The translations under genes were made by a program, and so were the position numbers. 64,000 nt of DNA. It comes from Eledone cirrhosa (taxonomy: Eukaryota). Every line of letters starts with the position of its first letter. The stretch's first letter is position 1. The notes below the pieces were generated by a model. It worked only from the letters and a program-made list of their open reading frames with translations, did no database searches and was not told the DNA's origin. This document shows, piece by piece, positions 15,927-31,371 of this stretch. The DNA lies in assembly GCA_964016885.1 (NCBI GenBank), contig OZ024763.1:29574001-29638000 (forward strand), in the 5' to 3' direction.

Positions 15927-15988
15927 TTTCATTATATATATTTCGGGGATATCATATTAACAATATGCTATGCCTTCATCAGACAAAA
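15927..15988 (-). ncRNA. Type-I hammerhead ribozyme in element 15883-16181
   Basis: Reverse complement reads ttttgt-CTGATGA-agg...ccc-GAAAT-atat-ATA-atgaaa. Family members are at 21894, 33181 and 54440. Confidence 0.7.
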
Positions 15989-16180
15989 TACAATATAAAC
16001 AGTTTTATAGATAAAATATATTCGACATACCGTAATAAACATCAACTTCATTTGAAGAGGTTTACGCTAGCAGTTTTCCATTTATTTAATATTGTAAATA
16101 TACTCCAAATATTTGTCGAGTGCTTTTATATCAGTTATAAATATTTACTAGTTGTAACCCAACAATTTTAAATATAACTT

Positions 16181-16240
<60 letters not shown>

Positions 16241-16241
<1 letters not shown>

Positions 16242-16430
16242 GTAGGTCCCGGGTTGAGTCGGGGATAACCACAGTAAGTAAGGTACTCAATACATGGCAG
16301 AGTAAATTTTTTTTATTTTATAGAAGGAGCTTCTACAGGACTAGTACTGTTTCATTCAGATGAAATCTTCAGGAAGCTTCCTGAAGATTTCATCTGAATG
16401 AAACAGTACTAGTCCTGTAGAAGCTCCTTC

Positions 16431-16434
<4 letters not shown>
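16241..16434 (-). mobile_element. Short HHR-bearing element with a perfect 116-bp palindrome (16319-16434) in (TA)n
   Basis: agcttc-CTGAAGA-tttcatctgaat-GAAAC-agtactagtcct-GTA-gaagct is present on both strands. The tail is homologous to 46042-46110. Confidence 0.85.
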
Positions 16435-16465
<31 letters not shown>

Positions 16466-16570
16466 CTGTGTGTGATTATATATATATATGTGTGTCTGAT
16501 TATATATATACATATGATTATATATATATATACATATGATTATATGTATATATATATACATATAATAATA

Positions 16571-16601
<31 letters not shown>

Positions 16602-16618
16602 GTATATATAAACATATG

Positions 16619-16695
<77 letters not shown>

Positions 16696-16700
16696 GTATA

Positions 16701-16739
<39 letters not shown>

Positions 16740-17975
16740 TACATATATATATACATATATGTATATATATATATATGTATATATATGTAATATATATATA
16801 TAAATACTTGTACATATATATATATATATAATATATATATATACACATATATATATATATATATATATACATATATACATATATATATATATACATACAT
16901 ACATATATATACATATACATATATATACATATGTATAAATACATATATATACATAAATATATACAAATACATACATATATATATATATATATATGTTTAT
17001 ACATACACGTCTTAACGTAACCCGATTCTGATATTCGATTAACGTCGGAGTATCTAACTTCCGGTGAATTTAATGGCGTTCCCCTAATTAATGTAACCAC
17101 TTCCGGTTATGATCTGTCATATCATCAACTGAGTCATCAAACTCATTTATTTCATCTTTCCTCATCATTACTCTCTCCTCTCTCTCTCTCTCCTTCTCTC
17201 TCTCCTTCTCTCTCTCCTCCTCTCTCTATTCCCTATCTCTGCTCTCCTCTGTCTCTCCTCTCTCTATCCCCCTCTCTCCTCCTCTCTCTCTCCTCCTCTG
17301 TCTCTCTTCTCCCTCATCTCTCTCCCCTCCTCTCTCTCCTCTCTCTCTCCTCCTCTCTCCCCTCTTCTCCCTCCTCTCTCTCTCCCCCTCTTCTCCCTCC
17401 TCCCTCTCTCTCTCCCCTCTTCTCCCTCCTCTCTCTCTCTCTCTCTCCGCTCACTCATCTACTCCCTCATCTCTCTCCCATCCTCTCTCTCCCCTCCTCT
17501 CTCTCATCTACTCCCTCCTCTCTCTCCCTCCCCACTCTCTTTTATTCTTTTTTATTTATTTATTTAATATTCATTATTCTCTCCTCCTCCTTCTCCCCCC
17601 CCACTCTCTCTCCTCCTCATTCTCCCCCCTCCCACTCTCTCTCCTCCTCATTCTCCACCCTCCCACCCTTCCTCTCTCTCTCTCCTTCTTCTCCTCCTTC
17701 CCTCTCTTTTTTTCTTCACAGAAATATTTCTTCAACTTTCTTTATATTCCTTTAACCCTCTCTGTCTCTCCCTCTTTCCTCCCCTTCACTTACTCTTCCA
17801 CTCTTTCCTCATCTTTGTTACTCTCTCTCTTTCTCTTTCTCTCTCTCTCTCTCTCTATATATATATCTATCTCTATCCCCCCCCCTCTCTCTCTCTCTCT
17901 CTCGCTTTCCCGTGTCGTTTCCTTTCCATTTTCTTGTCCTTTCTCACATCAACCAGCAATCACAATCACCATCAC

Positions 17976-18012
<37 letters not shown>

Positions 18013-18481
18013 GTATTTATCACCACCATCATCATCATTACCATCAAAATCGTCTTTATCATCACCATCACCACCATCATCACCACCATCATCATCATTA
18101 CCATCAACATCGTCTTTATCATCACCATCACCATCACCATCATCATCACCACCATCATCATCATTATCATCAACATCGTCTTTATCATCACCATCACCAT
18201 CATCATCACCGCCATCATCATCATTACCATCAACATCGTCTTTATCATCACCATCACCATCATCATCATCGTTACCACATTAATCATCAACAAAATTATC
18301 ATAATTATAATCACAATCACAATCCACGTGCAATCCCACTTCTCCTCACCACCACCACCACCACAATCCGCCACCCTTACCATCACCACTACCACCACCA
18401 ACACCACTATTACTACCACCACCACAATCACCACCAACCACCACCACCACAAATACTACTACCACAACTCGCACGCACCAC

Positions 18482-18681
18482 NNNNNNNNNNNNNNNNNNN
18501 NNNNNNNNNNNNNNNNNNNNNNNNNNNNNNNNNNNNNNNNNNNNNNNNNNNNNNNNNNNNNNNNNNNNNNNNNNNNNNNNNNNNNNNNNNNNNNNNNNNN
18601 NNNNNNNNNNNNNNNNNNNNNNNNNNNNNNNNNNNNNNNNNNNNNNNNNNNNNNNNNNNNNNNNNNNNNNNNNNNNNNNNN
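18482..18681. other. Assembly gap (200 N)
   Basis: Run of n. Confidence 1.
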
Positions 18682-19784
18682 CCTCTCCCCATTATCATTT
18701 TCAAGCCTTCCATATGTTCGGGGATGGGGGGGGGGGGGGGGTGATTATCGATAATTTCTGTGGAGTTTTTTACCATTTTTTTCCATTTTTCAATCAAGGA
18801 TTTATTACAGGTCCCTGTCTTCGATTAAAATGTCTTCAGCTCTTCATGTCAATACCGTTTTTTTCTCTAAATCCTTCCCCACCCTAAATAAGACCCCTCC
18901 CTCTTCTACCCTATCCTTCTCCGTCAAAACCACCACCACCACCACTACCACCAATACCACCACCACCCACCACTACCACCACCACTACCACCAAAACCAC
19001 CACCACCACCACTACCCACCACCACTACCACCAATACCAAAACCACCACCAAACCACTACCACCACCACTACACCACCACTACCACCAATACCAACACCG
19101 CCACCACCACCAACACCACCACCACCAAAACCACCACCACCACCACCACTACCAACACCGCCTCCACCACCACCACCACCAAAACCACCCCACCACTACC
19201 ACCAATACCAACACCGCCTCCACCACCACCACTACCACCAAAACCACCACCACTACCACCAATACCAACACCGCCTCCACCACCACCACCACCAAAACCA
19301 CCACCACTACCACCAATACCAACACCCGCCTCCACCACCACCACCACCACCAAAACCACCACCACTACCACCAATACCAACACCGCCACCAACACCACCA
19401 CCACCAAAACGACCACCACCACCACTACCACCACCACTACCACCAATACCAAAACCGCCTCCACCACCACCACCACCACCAAAACCACCACCACTACCAC
19501 CAATACCAACACCGCCTCCACCACCAACACCACCACCACCAAAACCACCACCACCACCAAAACCACCAGCACTACCACCAATACCAACACCGCCTCCAGC
19601 ACCAACACCACCAAAACCACCACCACCACCAAAACCACCAGCACTACCACCAATACCAAACACCGCCTCCACCACCACCACCACCACCAAAACCACCACC
19701 ACTACCACCAATACCAACACCGCCTCCACCACCAACACCACCACCACCAAAACCACCACCACTACCACCAATACCAACACAGTA

Positions 19785-20232
19785 ATGTGTAGAGCGTCGG
19801 ACATCTTCCATCGCGGCACGTAGTTCTGGCACTTTACGTTCCGACTTCAAATCCCGTCGAAGTTAGCTTTGCCTTTCATCTTTAGGTGATGGATAACATT
19901 TTATCACGTGCACCAGCGGTTTGCTGTGTTTTAAGGTTCTGTTGTATATGAGAGCTCCCGCAAACATGAAGGAAGGGCCCCGGCCCCCCAAGGTCTAAAG
20001 CCAAATACCTCTCAGGGAGAGTCAGTGAGACACAGTGTGTATCAATGTTGACCGTTCGAATATTCCTTCGAACTGAGTGAACTGGAATAAAGTGATATAA
20101 AGTGCCTTGCCCCAAAACAGGACACAACGCAATTAAATCGAATCCAGTGAATTACTGGTACTCTATTTTATCGACCTCAGAAGGGTGAGAGGTGAAGTTA
20201 ATCAGGATGGAGTTTGAACTCAGAACGTAATA
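19785..20232. mobile_element. Cluster of SINE fragments (+ head 19785-19895; - fragments 20060-20232)
   Basis: gtagagcgtcggac...ttcaaatccc...ctttgcctttcatc, plus reverse-complement ctggtactctattttatcgacc...tttgaactcag. Confidence 0.6.
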
Positions 20233-20326
20233 TGCAAATTAATGTACCTCAAAGAATATAGTCCAACCTTCTGTCATTTCTGCATAGATATATATATAAC
20301 TACATATGTATATACACATATACACA

Positions 20327-20384
<58 letters not shown>

Positions 20385-20620
20385 ATACACATACACACAT
20401 ATATATATACAGATAGAGAGAGAGGGAGATGAGAAAAATTGAATGTATAATTTGATTAATAAAGGAATATATACATGACTAGATGAGATGTGATGATATC
20501 GTCTGCTTTTCTTCAAATCTTTCCTCTGCCAAAGTTCAATATCCGTAATAGCATGTACATTTCAATTGTGTTGGCTTCCATTTTCTGATACTCTATCTGA
20601 GCTCTTCAATATGTGTGTGC

Positions 20621-20693
<73 letters not shown>

Positions 20694-20923
20694 CGTGTGT
20701 GTGTTTTAAATGTATGTATATATATATATGTATGTATATATTTGTGTATATATATATATTTGTGTATATGTATATATATGTATATATTTGTGTGTGTGTA
20801 TATATATATATATATGTGCGTATGTGTGTTTTAAATGTATGTATATATATATATATATGTATATATTTGTGTATATATATATATTTGTGTATATGTATAT
20901 ATATGTATATATTTGTGTGTGTG

Positions 20924-20956
<33 letters not shown>

Positions 20957-21044
20957 TTTAAATGTATGTATATATATATATATATATGTATATATTTGTC
21001 TATATATATATAAATTTGTGTATATGTATATATATGTATATATT

Positions 21045-21075
<31 letters not shown>

Positions 21076-21210
21076 GTGTGCGTGTGTGTATGTACACATA
21101 TGTATATTATCAATGTATGTATACGTGTACACGTTTGTATATGTATTAATATATCCATCCAATGTTATCTCATATCGTGTCTATCTATCTCTGTGTGATC
21201 ACACACACAC

Positions 21211-21325
<115 letters not shown>

Positions 21326-21628
21326 CCGTACATATACACACAAAGCCGGGTGCAAAAGCACACACAGACGGAAACACACACACTCGTACATTTTTACACA
21401 CATATATATATACACTTATATATATATATATAGTTTATAGTGAAATTTATCTTTAACCTGTCAAGTCTCTCACCATTGCTGTCTGGTGATCTGATGAACC
21501 TCGTCGGCTGAAACTGAAGCAACGGGGGTAGTGACCCTGTTTAAAGAAACTCTATACTCAACAACATAGACTGCGTGCTTCTCCGTGTGAGACCTTCCCA
21601 AGAAGTAACGTTCGAACCGTATATATAT

Positions 21629-21679
<51 letters not shown>

Positions 21680-21680
<1 letters not shown>

Positions 21681-21993
21681 AAAGTTATATTTAAATTGCT
21701 GGGTTAACAACGAGTAAATATTTATAACTGATATAAAAGCACTCAACAAGTATTTGGAGTATATTTATGATATTAAATAAATGGAAACTATATTTATAAA
21801 ACCATATTTATTTCGTTATATATATTTCAGGGTTATCATATTAACAATATGTTATGTCGTATCTATTTATTTATAAGACTGTTTATATTATATTTTGTCT
21901 GAAGAAGGCATAACATATTGTTAATATGATATCCCTGAAATATATATAACGAAATAAATATGGTTTTATAAATATAGTTTCCATTTATTTAAT

Positions 21994-21999
<6 letters not shown>
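21680..21999. mobile_element. Short HHR-bearing fold-back element in (TA)n; HHR on + at 21894-21954
   Basis: tttgt-CTGAAGA-agg..cct-GAAAT-atat-ATA-acgaa. Arms 21768-21858 and 21907-21998 are inverted. Homologous to 15883-16181. Confidence 0.8.
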
Positions 22000-22075
<76 letters not shown>

Positions 22076-22159
22076 GAAAAATTGAACAGGGACAAAACAG
22101 AGAGGCAGTACAATAAATGTTTATTAAATTCACGCTCAGGAGAGTGGGGGTAGGTGGGG

Positions 22160-22193
22160 GACGACGTTTCGGGAATAAGCCCTTCTTCAGGTG
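22160..22193 (-). ncRNA. Minimal hammerhead ribozyme in TA-flanked element 22074-22271
   Basis: Reverse complement reads ac-CTGAAGA-aggg cttatt ccc-GAAAC-GTC-gt, the canonical Penelope pLTR form. Confidence 0.8.
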
Positions 22194-23832
22194 AGAAGTG
22201 TGTGGGAACAGAGTTCAAAAGGTGTGTAGGGGAGTGGTGGAGAGACATATAGCGAAAGGAAACGGGGCGAATATATATATATATATATATAGTGTTATAC
22301 TTTGGGAGGGTCATGTTGCCAATAAGAAACACACGCACCAGTTGCTTTCACTTCAATTTATTATAATAAATTTATAATAAGACAAATCACAGAGGCAATA
22401 AACATAAAAGAATTACAACCAAAATTAAATAGAAAAAATATGAGTGGAACAGTAACATCACAACTTACAATTAAGGACAAAATGAAAACACACACACATA
22501 TAGAACAAACAACCAACCAGTAACATGCAAATAAACAAATAAATAAATGAATATAAACACACACAGGCACCCGGATGTGGCGCATGCGCAGACTGAGCAC
22601 ACAACACACACACACAGAAACAGTATCGTCATCACCGTCGCCACCATCACCACCACCACCACCACCACCATCATCTGCACCACCACCGCCACCACCACCA
22701 CCACCACCACCACTACAACTACTACCATTATCATCACCACCATCATCACCACCATCAGCACCACCACCAATATCACCATCTGCACCACCACCACCACTAC
22801 TACCATTATCACCATCATCATCATCATCAACAACATTAATCTAATGTACTCTACACCTTCTTATTAATTAGCTCTAGCTACTGTGTAACAATCAAAGAAA
22901 TATGGGAAATGGTTAATAATCCCCCTCACACCACCCCTTCCCTCACCCTCCCTCATACCTTTCATCATCCTCCCCCCACCACCACCCCTTCTCCCACTCC
23001 ACCACCACTACTTACTCGCCCCTTTTCTCAAAGTTCTCTCTTCTACTCTCCCTCTCCCATCTCTTCCTCTTACCTCACCCCAAAAGCTCTTCCACTCCGT
23101 CTCTCTCCTTCACTCCCCTCCTCTCTCTCCTCCTTCCTCTCACTCCTCTTTTTCCTACTCCTTCGCCGCCATCTTCCCTATTTGATCTTTTTCCACGTTC
23201 TCTAATAATAAGAGTTTAGCCGCATTTTCCGATGCACCATCGGCACCCCACCCCACCACCATCACCACCACCACCATCGGCACCCCACCACCACCAACAT
23301 CGGCACCCCACCCCACAACCACCACCACCACCACTACCACCACAACCACCACCGCCATCGGCACCCCACCCCACCACCACAATCACCATCACCACCACCA
23401 GTACCACCAACACCACCACAACCATCACCACGACCAGTACCACCACCAACATCACCACCACCACTCATCCGAGCCCTCCCACCACCATCACCACCCGAGC
23501 CCCACCCCAAAACCACCACCACCACCACCACCATCACCCCATCCACCCCACCATCAACACCACCACCATCACCCCATCCACCCCACCATCAACACCACCA
23601 CCATCACCCCATCCACCCCACCATCAACACCACCACCACCACCACCCGAGCCTCATACCCTCTATATAATTCACCCCCCCCTCTAACATCTGTTTATTTA
23701 ACTCCCACTCCCACCCTACTTCTCTCTCACTACCATGTTCTCTCTCTCACGGTGTCATTCTGTTTCTCTCTTTGTCTTTCTCTGTCTCCCTATCTTTAAT
23801 ATAGATTCATTATGCTTCTCTCTCTCTCTCTC

Positions 23833-23880
<48 letters not shown>

Positions 23881-23971
23881 TCCATATCTCTCTCTCTCCC
23901 TCTCTCTCACTCTCTCTCTCTCTCTCCATCTATCTCCCTCTCTCTCTCCCTCTCTCTCTCCCTCTCTCACT

Positions 23972-24031
<60 letters not shown>

Positions 24032-24080
24032 CTATATCTTTCTACCTGTATGTCTGTCTATCTTTTTCTCCCCACTCCCG

Positions 24081-24140
<60 letters not shown>

Positions 24141-24156
24141 TCCATCTCTCTCTCTG

Positions 24157-24197
<41 letters not shown>

Positions 24198-24368
24198 GTC
24201 TTTCTACCTGTATGTCTGTCTATCTTTTTCTCCCCACTCCCGCTCCTCTCTCCCTCTCTCTCTCTAACTATCTATGTATCTATCTATCTATCTATCTGTC
24301 TGTCCGTCTTTCTTTTTCTCTCCTCTTTCACCCTCCACTCTCTCTCTCCATCTCTATCAATCTATTCA

Positions 24369-24401
<33 letters not shown>

Positions 24402-24784
24402 CTAACTCTCTCCCTCCACCTCTCTCTATCTACCTACTTATCTAACTCTCGCTCTCTCGCTCTCTATATCTATCTATCTAACTCACTCTCTCTCTCATAG
24501 AGTTATCCTACTCCCTTCCTCTCACCCCTCCTCCTGCTACTCCTGGCCCAAGAGACATCTCAGTACCTCAATAACCAAATAACGAAGTAACGGTTTCTTT
24601 ACGAGAGAGAGAGAGCGAGAGGCACCGAGGGCCTTGTGATTATAGGAGGAGGGGGGGGGGGAGGAGGAGGGGGAAGAAGAAGCGGAGGAGGAGTGGAGGC
24701 AGGAGGAGAAGAATGAAATGATGAATGAAAAGAAGGAGAAAAAGAACAAGAGAAAGCATGAAGGAAATAGATAGGATGATTATA

Positions 24785-24819
<35 letters not shown>

Positions 24820-24967
24820 TACGAAGACGTAAGCAATAGGGAGGAGGAGGAGGAAGAAGAAGAAAGATAAACAGGAAAGAGAATGATACAAGAGAAAGGA
24901 GGAACAAAATAGAGATGATGATGAAGAAGAAGAAAAGAAAGAAGTGAGCAAGAAGAGGAAGGGGAAT

Positions 24968-25565
24968 AAGATATATTCCGTAACTTATCCCTCCCTACCA
25001 TACCATAACCTACCATACCATTTCCTTTATTACCTTCCATACCATACCATTTCCTGTATTACCTTCCATACCATTTCTCTCCATACCATTATATTCCGTA
25101 ACATATCCCTCCCTACCATACCATACCATTTCCTTTATTACCTTCCATACCATTTCCCTCCATACCATTATATTCCGTAACTTATCCCTCCCTACCATAC
25201 CATACCCTACATACCATACCATTTCCTTTATTACCTTCCATACCATACCATTTCCTTTATTACCTACCATACCATTTCCTTTATTACCTTCCATACCATT
25301 TCTCTCCATACCATTATATTCTGTAACATAACCCTCCCTACCATACCATACCATACCATACCATTTCATTTATTACCTTCCATACCATTTCCCTCCATAC
25401 TATTATATTCCGTAACATATCCCTCCCTACCATACCCTACCATTTCATTTATTACCTTCCATACCATTTCACTCCATACCATTATATTTCGTAACATATC
25501 CTTCACTACCATACCCTACCATTCCATACCATTCCATACCATTCCATACCATTTCATACCATTCC
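24968..25565. repeat. (TACCA)n-derived minisatellite with recurring atattccgtaac unit
   Basis: The unit anchor recurs at ~24973, 25091, 25170, 25316, 25405 and 25485. Confidence 0.85.
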
Positions 25566-25798
25566 GGTTCTATACCAATCCGTTCTGTTGTTTTCCTTAC
25601 AAAAGATGAAAGGCTCCAGCCGTGACTCTTCCATCGAGATTTCCACAGACACAGTCTCCATCTTACAGAGATACAATCTAAACGTTATAACACATTCTTT
25701 ATTGCCATTCTCATTTTTTGTTCTGATATTCTGATATTCTGATATTCTGATATTCTGATATTCTGATTCTTGATAAACATAATATTCCTCATTCACCC

Positions 25799-25860
<62 letters not shown>

Positions 25861-25940
25861 CATTGTCAGCCTCTCAGCCACCCGCAATTACCATACCACG
25901 TGGCACATTCCTGTAATGTATATATATATATATATGTATA

Positions 25941-25984
<44 letters not shown>

Positions 25985-26147
25985 AGAGTGAGTGAGAGAT
26001 ATTTCTATGTGTATGTATATATATGTGTGTGTATATATGTACATCTGTGTGTATATATGTATATATATATGCATGTATATGTTTATGTATATTTATATAT
26101 GTATATATATGTATATATGTATATATACATATCTATCTCTATACATA

Positions 26148-26207
<60 letters not shown>

Positions 26208-26400
26208 TGTATGTATGTATGTGTGTATATATGTATGTATAACAAACAAAAAGCAGTTATTGTTCCCTCCAGAATACGTGGCATAAATTAATTACACCTA
26301 TTCGTATCCAGACGTGCGCATGCGCCTCTTTATTGTAGGATATATGCATGTATGTATGTATGTATGTATGTATGTATGTATGTATGTATGTATGTATGTG

Positions 26401-26431
<31 letters not shown>

Positions 26432-26457
26432 TTGTGAGTATATATATTTTTTTTTTC

Positions 26458-26493
<36 letters not shown>

Positions 26494-26625
26494 TTTATAA
26501 ATATATATATAAATATTTATAAAAATATATATATACACACACACATATATGTACATAAATACACGCACACACACATACACATATATCTATATATCTCTCT
26601 ATCAATTTATAAATATATATGCATA

Positions 26626-26697
<72 letters not shown>

Positions 26698-27274
26698 TTT
26701 ATACATATATATATATATAGATAGATAGATATAGATATATTTTCATGGGTGGATGTAAATTGATAAATATGATTGTCGGCTGGCGCAAACCAAGTGCTTG
26801 CACAAAGCATGTGCATTCTTATTGCAGAAAATGCACATTCTTATGTTTCGAATAGGAACAGATGTTTATACATATATTCATATATTCAACATCTATAATC
26901 TCACACTCACAATACATTCTTGGCTCTCAGTACACATTTATACAATATACAATACATTTATGTAATTTATTCAATCGATCATCTATGGAGGACCTTAATT
27001 TAGTTGTTCGATTTGCTAGAAGTAGGAGTAGAGCGTTTTTCTTTCAAGGTTCTTTCAGATTTGTGTTTGTATGTATTGTATGTATTGTATGTATATGAAA
27101 TGAAAATGTTAGAAAGCTATATATATCACTGCTATATTCTAAATTCTATATCAGCCATTTTTTCTCATCCTAGTGAAAGAAGCCACTAAAGGAACAACTG
27201 ACTGTATATATATATGCGTGTGTGTGTGTATGCGTGTGTGTGTGTATGTGTGTGTGTATGTGTGTGTGTGTGCG

Positions 27275-27330
<56 letters not shown>

Positions 27331-27332
<2 letters not shown>

Positions 27333-27386
27333 CCTGATCTAGCTGTCGAAACGGCCGGAGCTCAGCGGTCGGGGTCCTGGCTCTTT

Positions 27387-27390
<4 letters not shown>
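27331..27390 (+). mobile_element. Family A fragment (single arm)
   Basis: gatctagctgtcgaaacggccggagctcagcggtcggggtcct lies between (TG)n and (TA)n. Confidence 0.6.
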
Positions 27391-27435
<45 letters not shown>

Positions 27436-27929
27436 CAGTTGATCTACAAGATCCAAGACCTCATCTGCCTAACGCATGGAAGTGGAGCTCGTGAAATCAG
27501 ACCGAAGCAACTATGTTCCCATTGGACTTTCCATTAGCTAATAGTATCTACTGGTCGCCAATCCAGGCAGAAGGGCCAATACTCACGAACATAACGCGTA
27601 GATTAAATCAACACTAGTACACTTTTCAGTGTTGGGTTTTTTTTTGAAAGTCAGAAACCTAGATGTGTGTCAGACCTGCTATCCATCCTACCCCCTGAAA
27701 ATATGAACACTAACTTAATATCAACAATTACTCATCCCTACAAAATTGAGAAATATAATTGTTGCTGATAAGTGGCTTTCATCATTTCCCATATCTTTCT
27801 ACTTATACAGTAATCTTACAAGTATAATAAAACGTGCCTATTTTTCCATTTTGAAAGCCTCTTAAATTCTTCCGAGAAGATTTTAATGGATGTGGGGCGG
27901 TTTTATATCACCACTTGGAAAGTATTTAC

Positions 27930-28500
27930 AGTTGTTGCTCTTGTTGTTGTTGTTGGTCTTGTTGTTGCTGTTGTGGTTGTTGCTATTGTTGTTGTTGCTT
28001 TTGTTGCTCTTGTTGTTGTTGTTGGTCTTCTTGTTGTTGTTGCTGTTGTTGTTGTTGTTGGTCTTGTTGTTGCTGCTGTTGTTGTTGTTGCTATTGTTGT
28101 TGTTGCTTTTGTTGCTCTTGTTGTTGTTGTTGGTCTTGTTGTTGTTGTTGCTGTTGTTGTTGTTGTTGGTCTTGTTGTTGCTGCTGCTGTTGTTGTTGTT
28201 GCTATTGTTGTTGTTGCTTTTGTTGCTCTTGTTGTTGTTGTTGTTGTTGTTGGTGCTGTTGTAGTATATATGATAATTGTGTATGTGATGTATATGCGAT
28301 GGTGGCGATAACGATGTCGATGATGATGATTATGAGAATCATGGTGATGATGATGATGGGTTAGTTTTCAAAATGGCGACTATGATGTTGATGAAGGTGT
28401 TAATAATAATGATGATGATGATGGTGATGATTGTGATTAATGCGCGGAATATGATATTCATGATAATGATGATGATTAGGATGATGATAGCGGTCGTTGG

Positions 28501-28540
<40 letters not shown>

Positions 28541-28651
28541 AGTGGTGTTGGTGGTGGCGTTGGTGATGATGATGATGATAGTGATGGTGGTGGTGGTGGT
28601 GGTGGTGGTTGTGATGGTTATGATGATGATATTGCTGATGATAATGAGTTG

Positions 28652-28690
<39 letters not shown>

Positions 28691-28924
28691 AATGGTTGTG
28701 GTGGTGGCGTTGGTGGTGGTGATGGTGGTGTTTGTGGTGGTTATGATGATGATGATGGGTTGTATGAAAGTAATGATGATGATGATGATGATGATGATGA
28801 TAGTGGTGTTGGTGGTGGCGTTGGTGATGGTGATGATGATGATGATAGTGATGGTGGTGGGGGTGGTGGTGGTGGTTGTGATGGTTATGATGATGATATT
28901 GCTGATGATAATGAGTTGTTTGAA

Positions 28925-28969
<45 letters not shown>

Positions 28970-29051
28970 AGTGGTGTTGGTGGTGGCGTTGGTGATGGTG
29001 ATGGTGGTGTTTGTGGTGGTTATGATGATGATGATGGGTTGTATGAAAGTA

Positions 29052-29083
<32 letters not shown>

Positions 29084-29206
29084 AGTGGTGTTGGTGGTGG
29101 CGTTGGTGATGGTGATGATGATGATGATAGTGATGGTGGTGGGGGTGGTGGTGGTGGTTGTGATGGTTATGATGATGATATTGCTGATGATAATGAGTTG
29201 TTTGAA

Positions 29207-29245
<39 letters not shown>

Positions 29246-29385
29246 AATGGTTGTGGTGGTGGCGTTGGTGGTGGTGATGGTGGCGTTTGTGGTGGTTACG
29301 ATGATGATGATGGGTTGTATGAAAGTAATGACGATGATGATGATGATGATGATGATAGTGTGTGTGGTGATTATGATGAATAAAT
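27930..29385. repeat. (GTT)n field followed by (GAT)/(GGT) compound minisatellite with ~240-280-bp higher-order period
   Basis: attgctgatgataatgagttgttt and gggttgtatgaaagtaat each recur three times. Confidence 0.9.
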
Positions 29386-29687
29386 GTTATATGAAAGTCT
29401 TGACGATGTTGACAGCGATGGTGATGGTGATGATGACGATTCGAGAGGTGCTATGACCCGGCTGTGGCCTGGCCTCCTTTTTTTAAAGCATGCCGAAGAA
29501 TGTTAAGGGTCCTAAAAGAGAACGCCCCATACACACACACACACATACACACACACACACAAATATACACAAAAGAAACAAAAGCAAATGACAATTAAAG
29601 AAGAGAAACAGATTAAAACCTCACAAAACTTACACACAGATATATATATATACATATGTATATATATATATTATATTTACATATAGA

Positions 29688-29868
29688 CTGGCAGTATCGG
29701 TAGAGGGTCAGACGCCATGCTTTGACGCATAGAGTTACGGCCCTTGTCATTCTGAGTTCAAATCACGCCGAGGTTAACTTTGTCTTTCATCCTTACGGGG
29801 TCGATAAAATAAAGTACCAGTACTGCACTGGGGTAACTGCTAGCCTTGTGCCAACAAGTAGAAACAGT
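29688..29868 (+). mobile_element. tRNA-derived SINE (same family)
   Basis: Colinear with the 48503 copy. Confidence 0.8.
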
Positions 29869-29893
29869 TATATTTACATATTTATATATATAT

Positions 29894-29937
<44 letters not shown>

Positions 29938-30268
29938 CGTTGCTGTCGATCCTTCCATGTTTGTTTACTTGTCTCGCCCGCTTTACGCGATTTACTTGTC
30001 TCGCCCGCTTTATTTAGCTATTGCTCGCACCAACCGGAGGTATATGATTTTTAAAGCGTTGAAATACCAATGAAGGTTGGAAAATCACTGATGAAGGACT
30101 ATTTTTATCATATGTAACCCATGTGCAGCCACGCAGTATTCTTTCTTCTCATCTTTTATATATATATATAAATGTATATATATATATATACGCACACATA
30201 CATATTGTATATACGTATGTAAATATATGTAATATATATATAGATATATAAATATATATATATATGTG

Positions 30269-30349
<81 letters not shown>

Positions 30350-30400
30350 GTATGCGTGTGTGTGTGTGTATCTATGTGCGTGTGTATGTCTGAATATATG

Positions 30401-30440
<40 letters not shown>

Positions 30441-30457
30441 TATATTCAGACATACAC

Positions 30458-30521
<64 letters not shown>

Positions 30522-30633
30522 TTGCATGAGTGTGTTTATATAAGTATATATGTACATGTATACACATGCATATACATATATATATATATATACATATATA
30601 TGCATATATCTATGTGTGTGTTGGTATGTATGC

Positions 30634-30700
<67 letters not shown>

Positions 30701-30773
30701 TACATACATACATACATACATACATACATACATACATACATACATACATACATACATACATACATACATACAT

Positions 30774-30821
<48 letters not shown>

Positions 30822-30937
30822 ACAAACACATGCTGCCAATAGTCTCAAGTAGAGACACTTCCCGCTTCTTGAGAAACTGTTAAAGAATTTATCACGTTTT
30901 TCATTCTTCAAAAAACAAATTATATCGTTGTGAACAT

Positions 30938-31130
30938 TTGGATTAGCAGAATCGGTAGAGCGTCGATTTAAATGTTTTGCGGCGTTTAATAACTATATTT
31001 AGACGATCTGGGTTGAAAGCACGTAGTGTACTTTACGTTTCATACTTACGTTATAGATAAAATAAAGTACCAGTCAAGTACTGGTGTCGATTTAATTGAC
31101 TTAGGTGGCTGTGCCTAAATTAGAAGTCGT
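30938..31130 (+). mobile_element. tRNA-derived SINE, diverged
   Basis: agcagaatcggtagagcgtcg...gataaaataaagtaccagt. Confidence 0.6.
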
Positions 31131-31206
31131 AAAGCAAACATATATATATATAAATACACACACACATACACACACAAGTATATATATCTATATATATATA
31201 TATATA

Positions 31207-31292
<86 letters not shown>

Positions 31293-31329
31293 CATATATT
31301 TACATACGTATATACAGTATGTATGTGTG

Positions 31330-31371
<42 letters not shown>

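Noticed and set aside
17010-17145. Two ACTTCCGG (ETS-like) and one TGAGTCA (AP-1-like) motif as a promoter or enhancer
   Set aside because: Short motifs with no associated gene; they could belong to a repeat.
28373-29383. 336-aa Asp/Gly-rich ORF resembling an acidic biomineralisation protein
   Set aside because: It is a (GAT)/(GGT) compound repeat that is also open in a second frame. It has no signal peptide, and tract lengths vary as in slippage.
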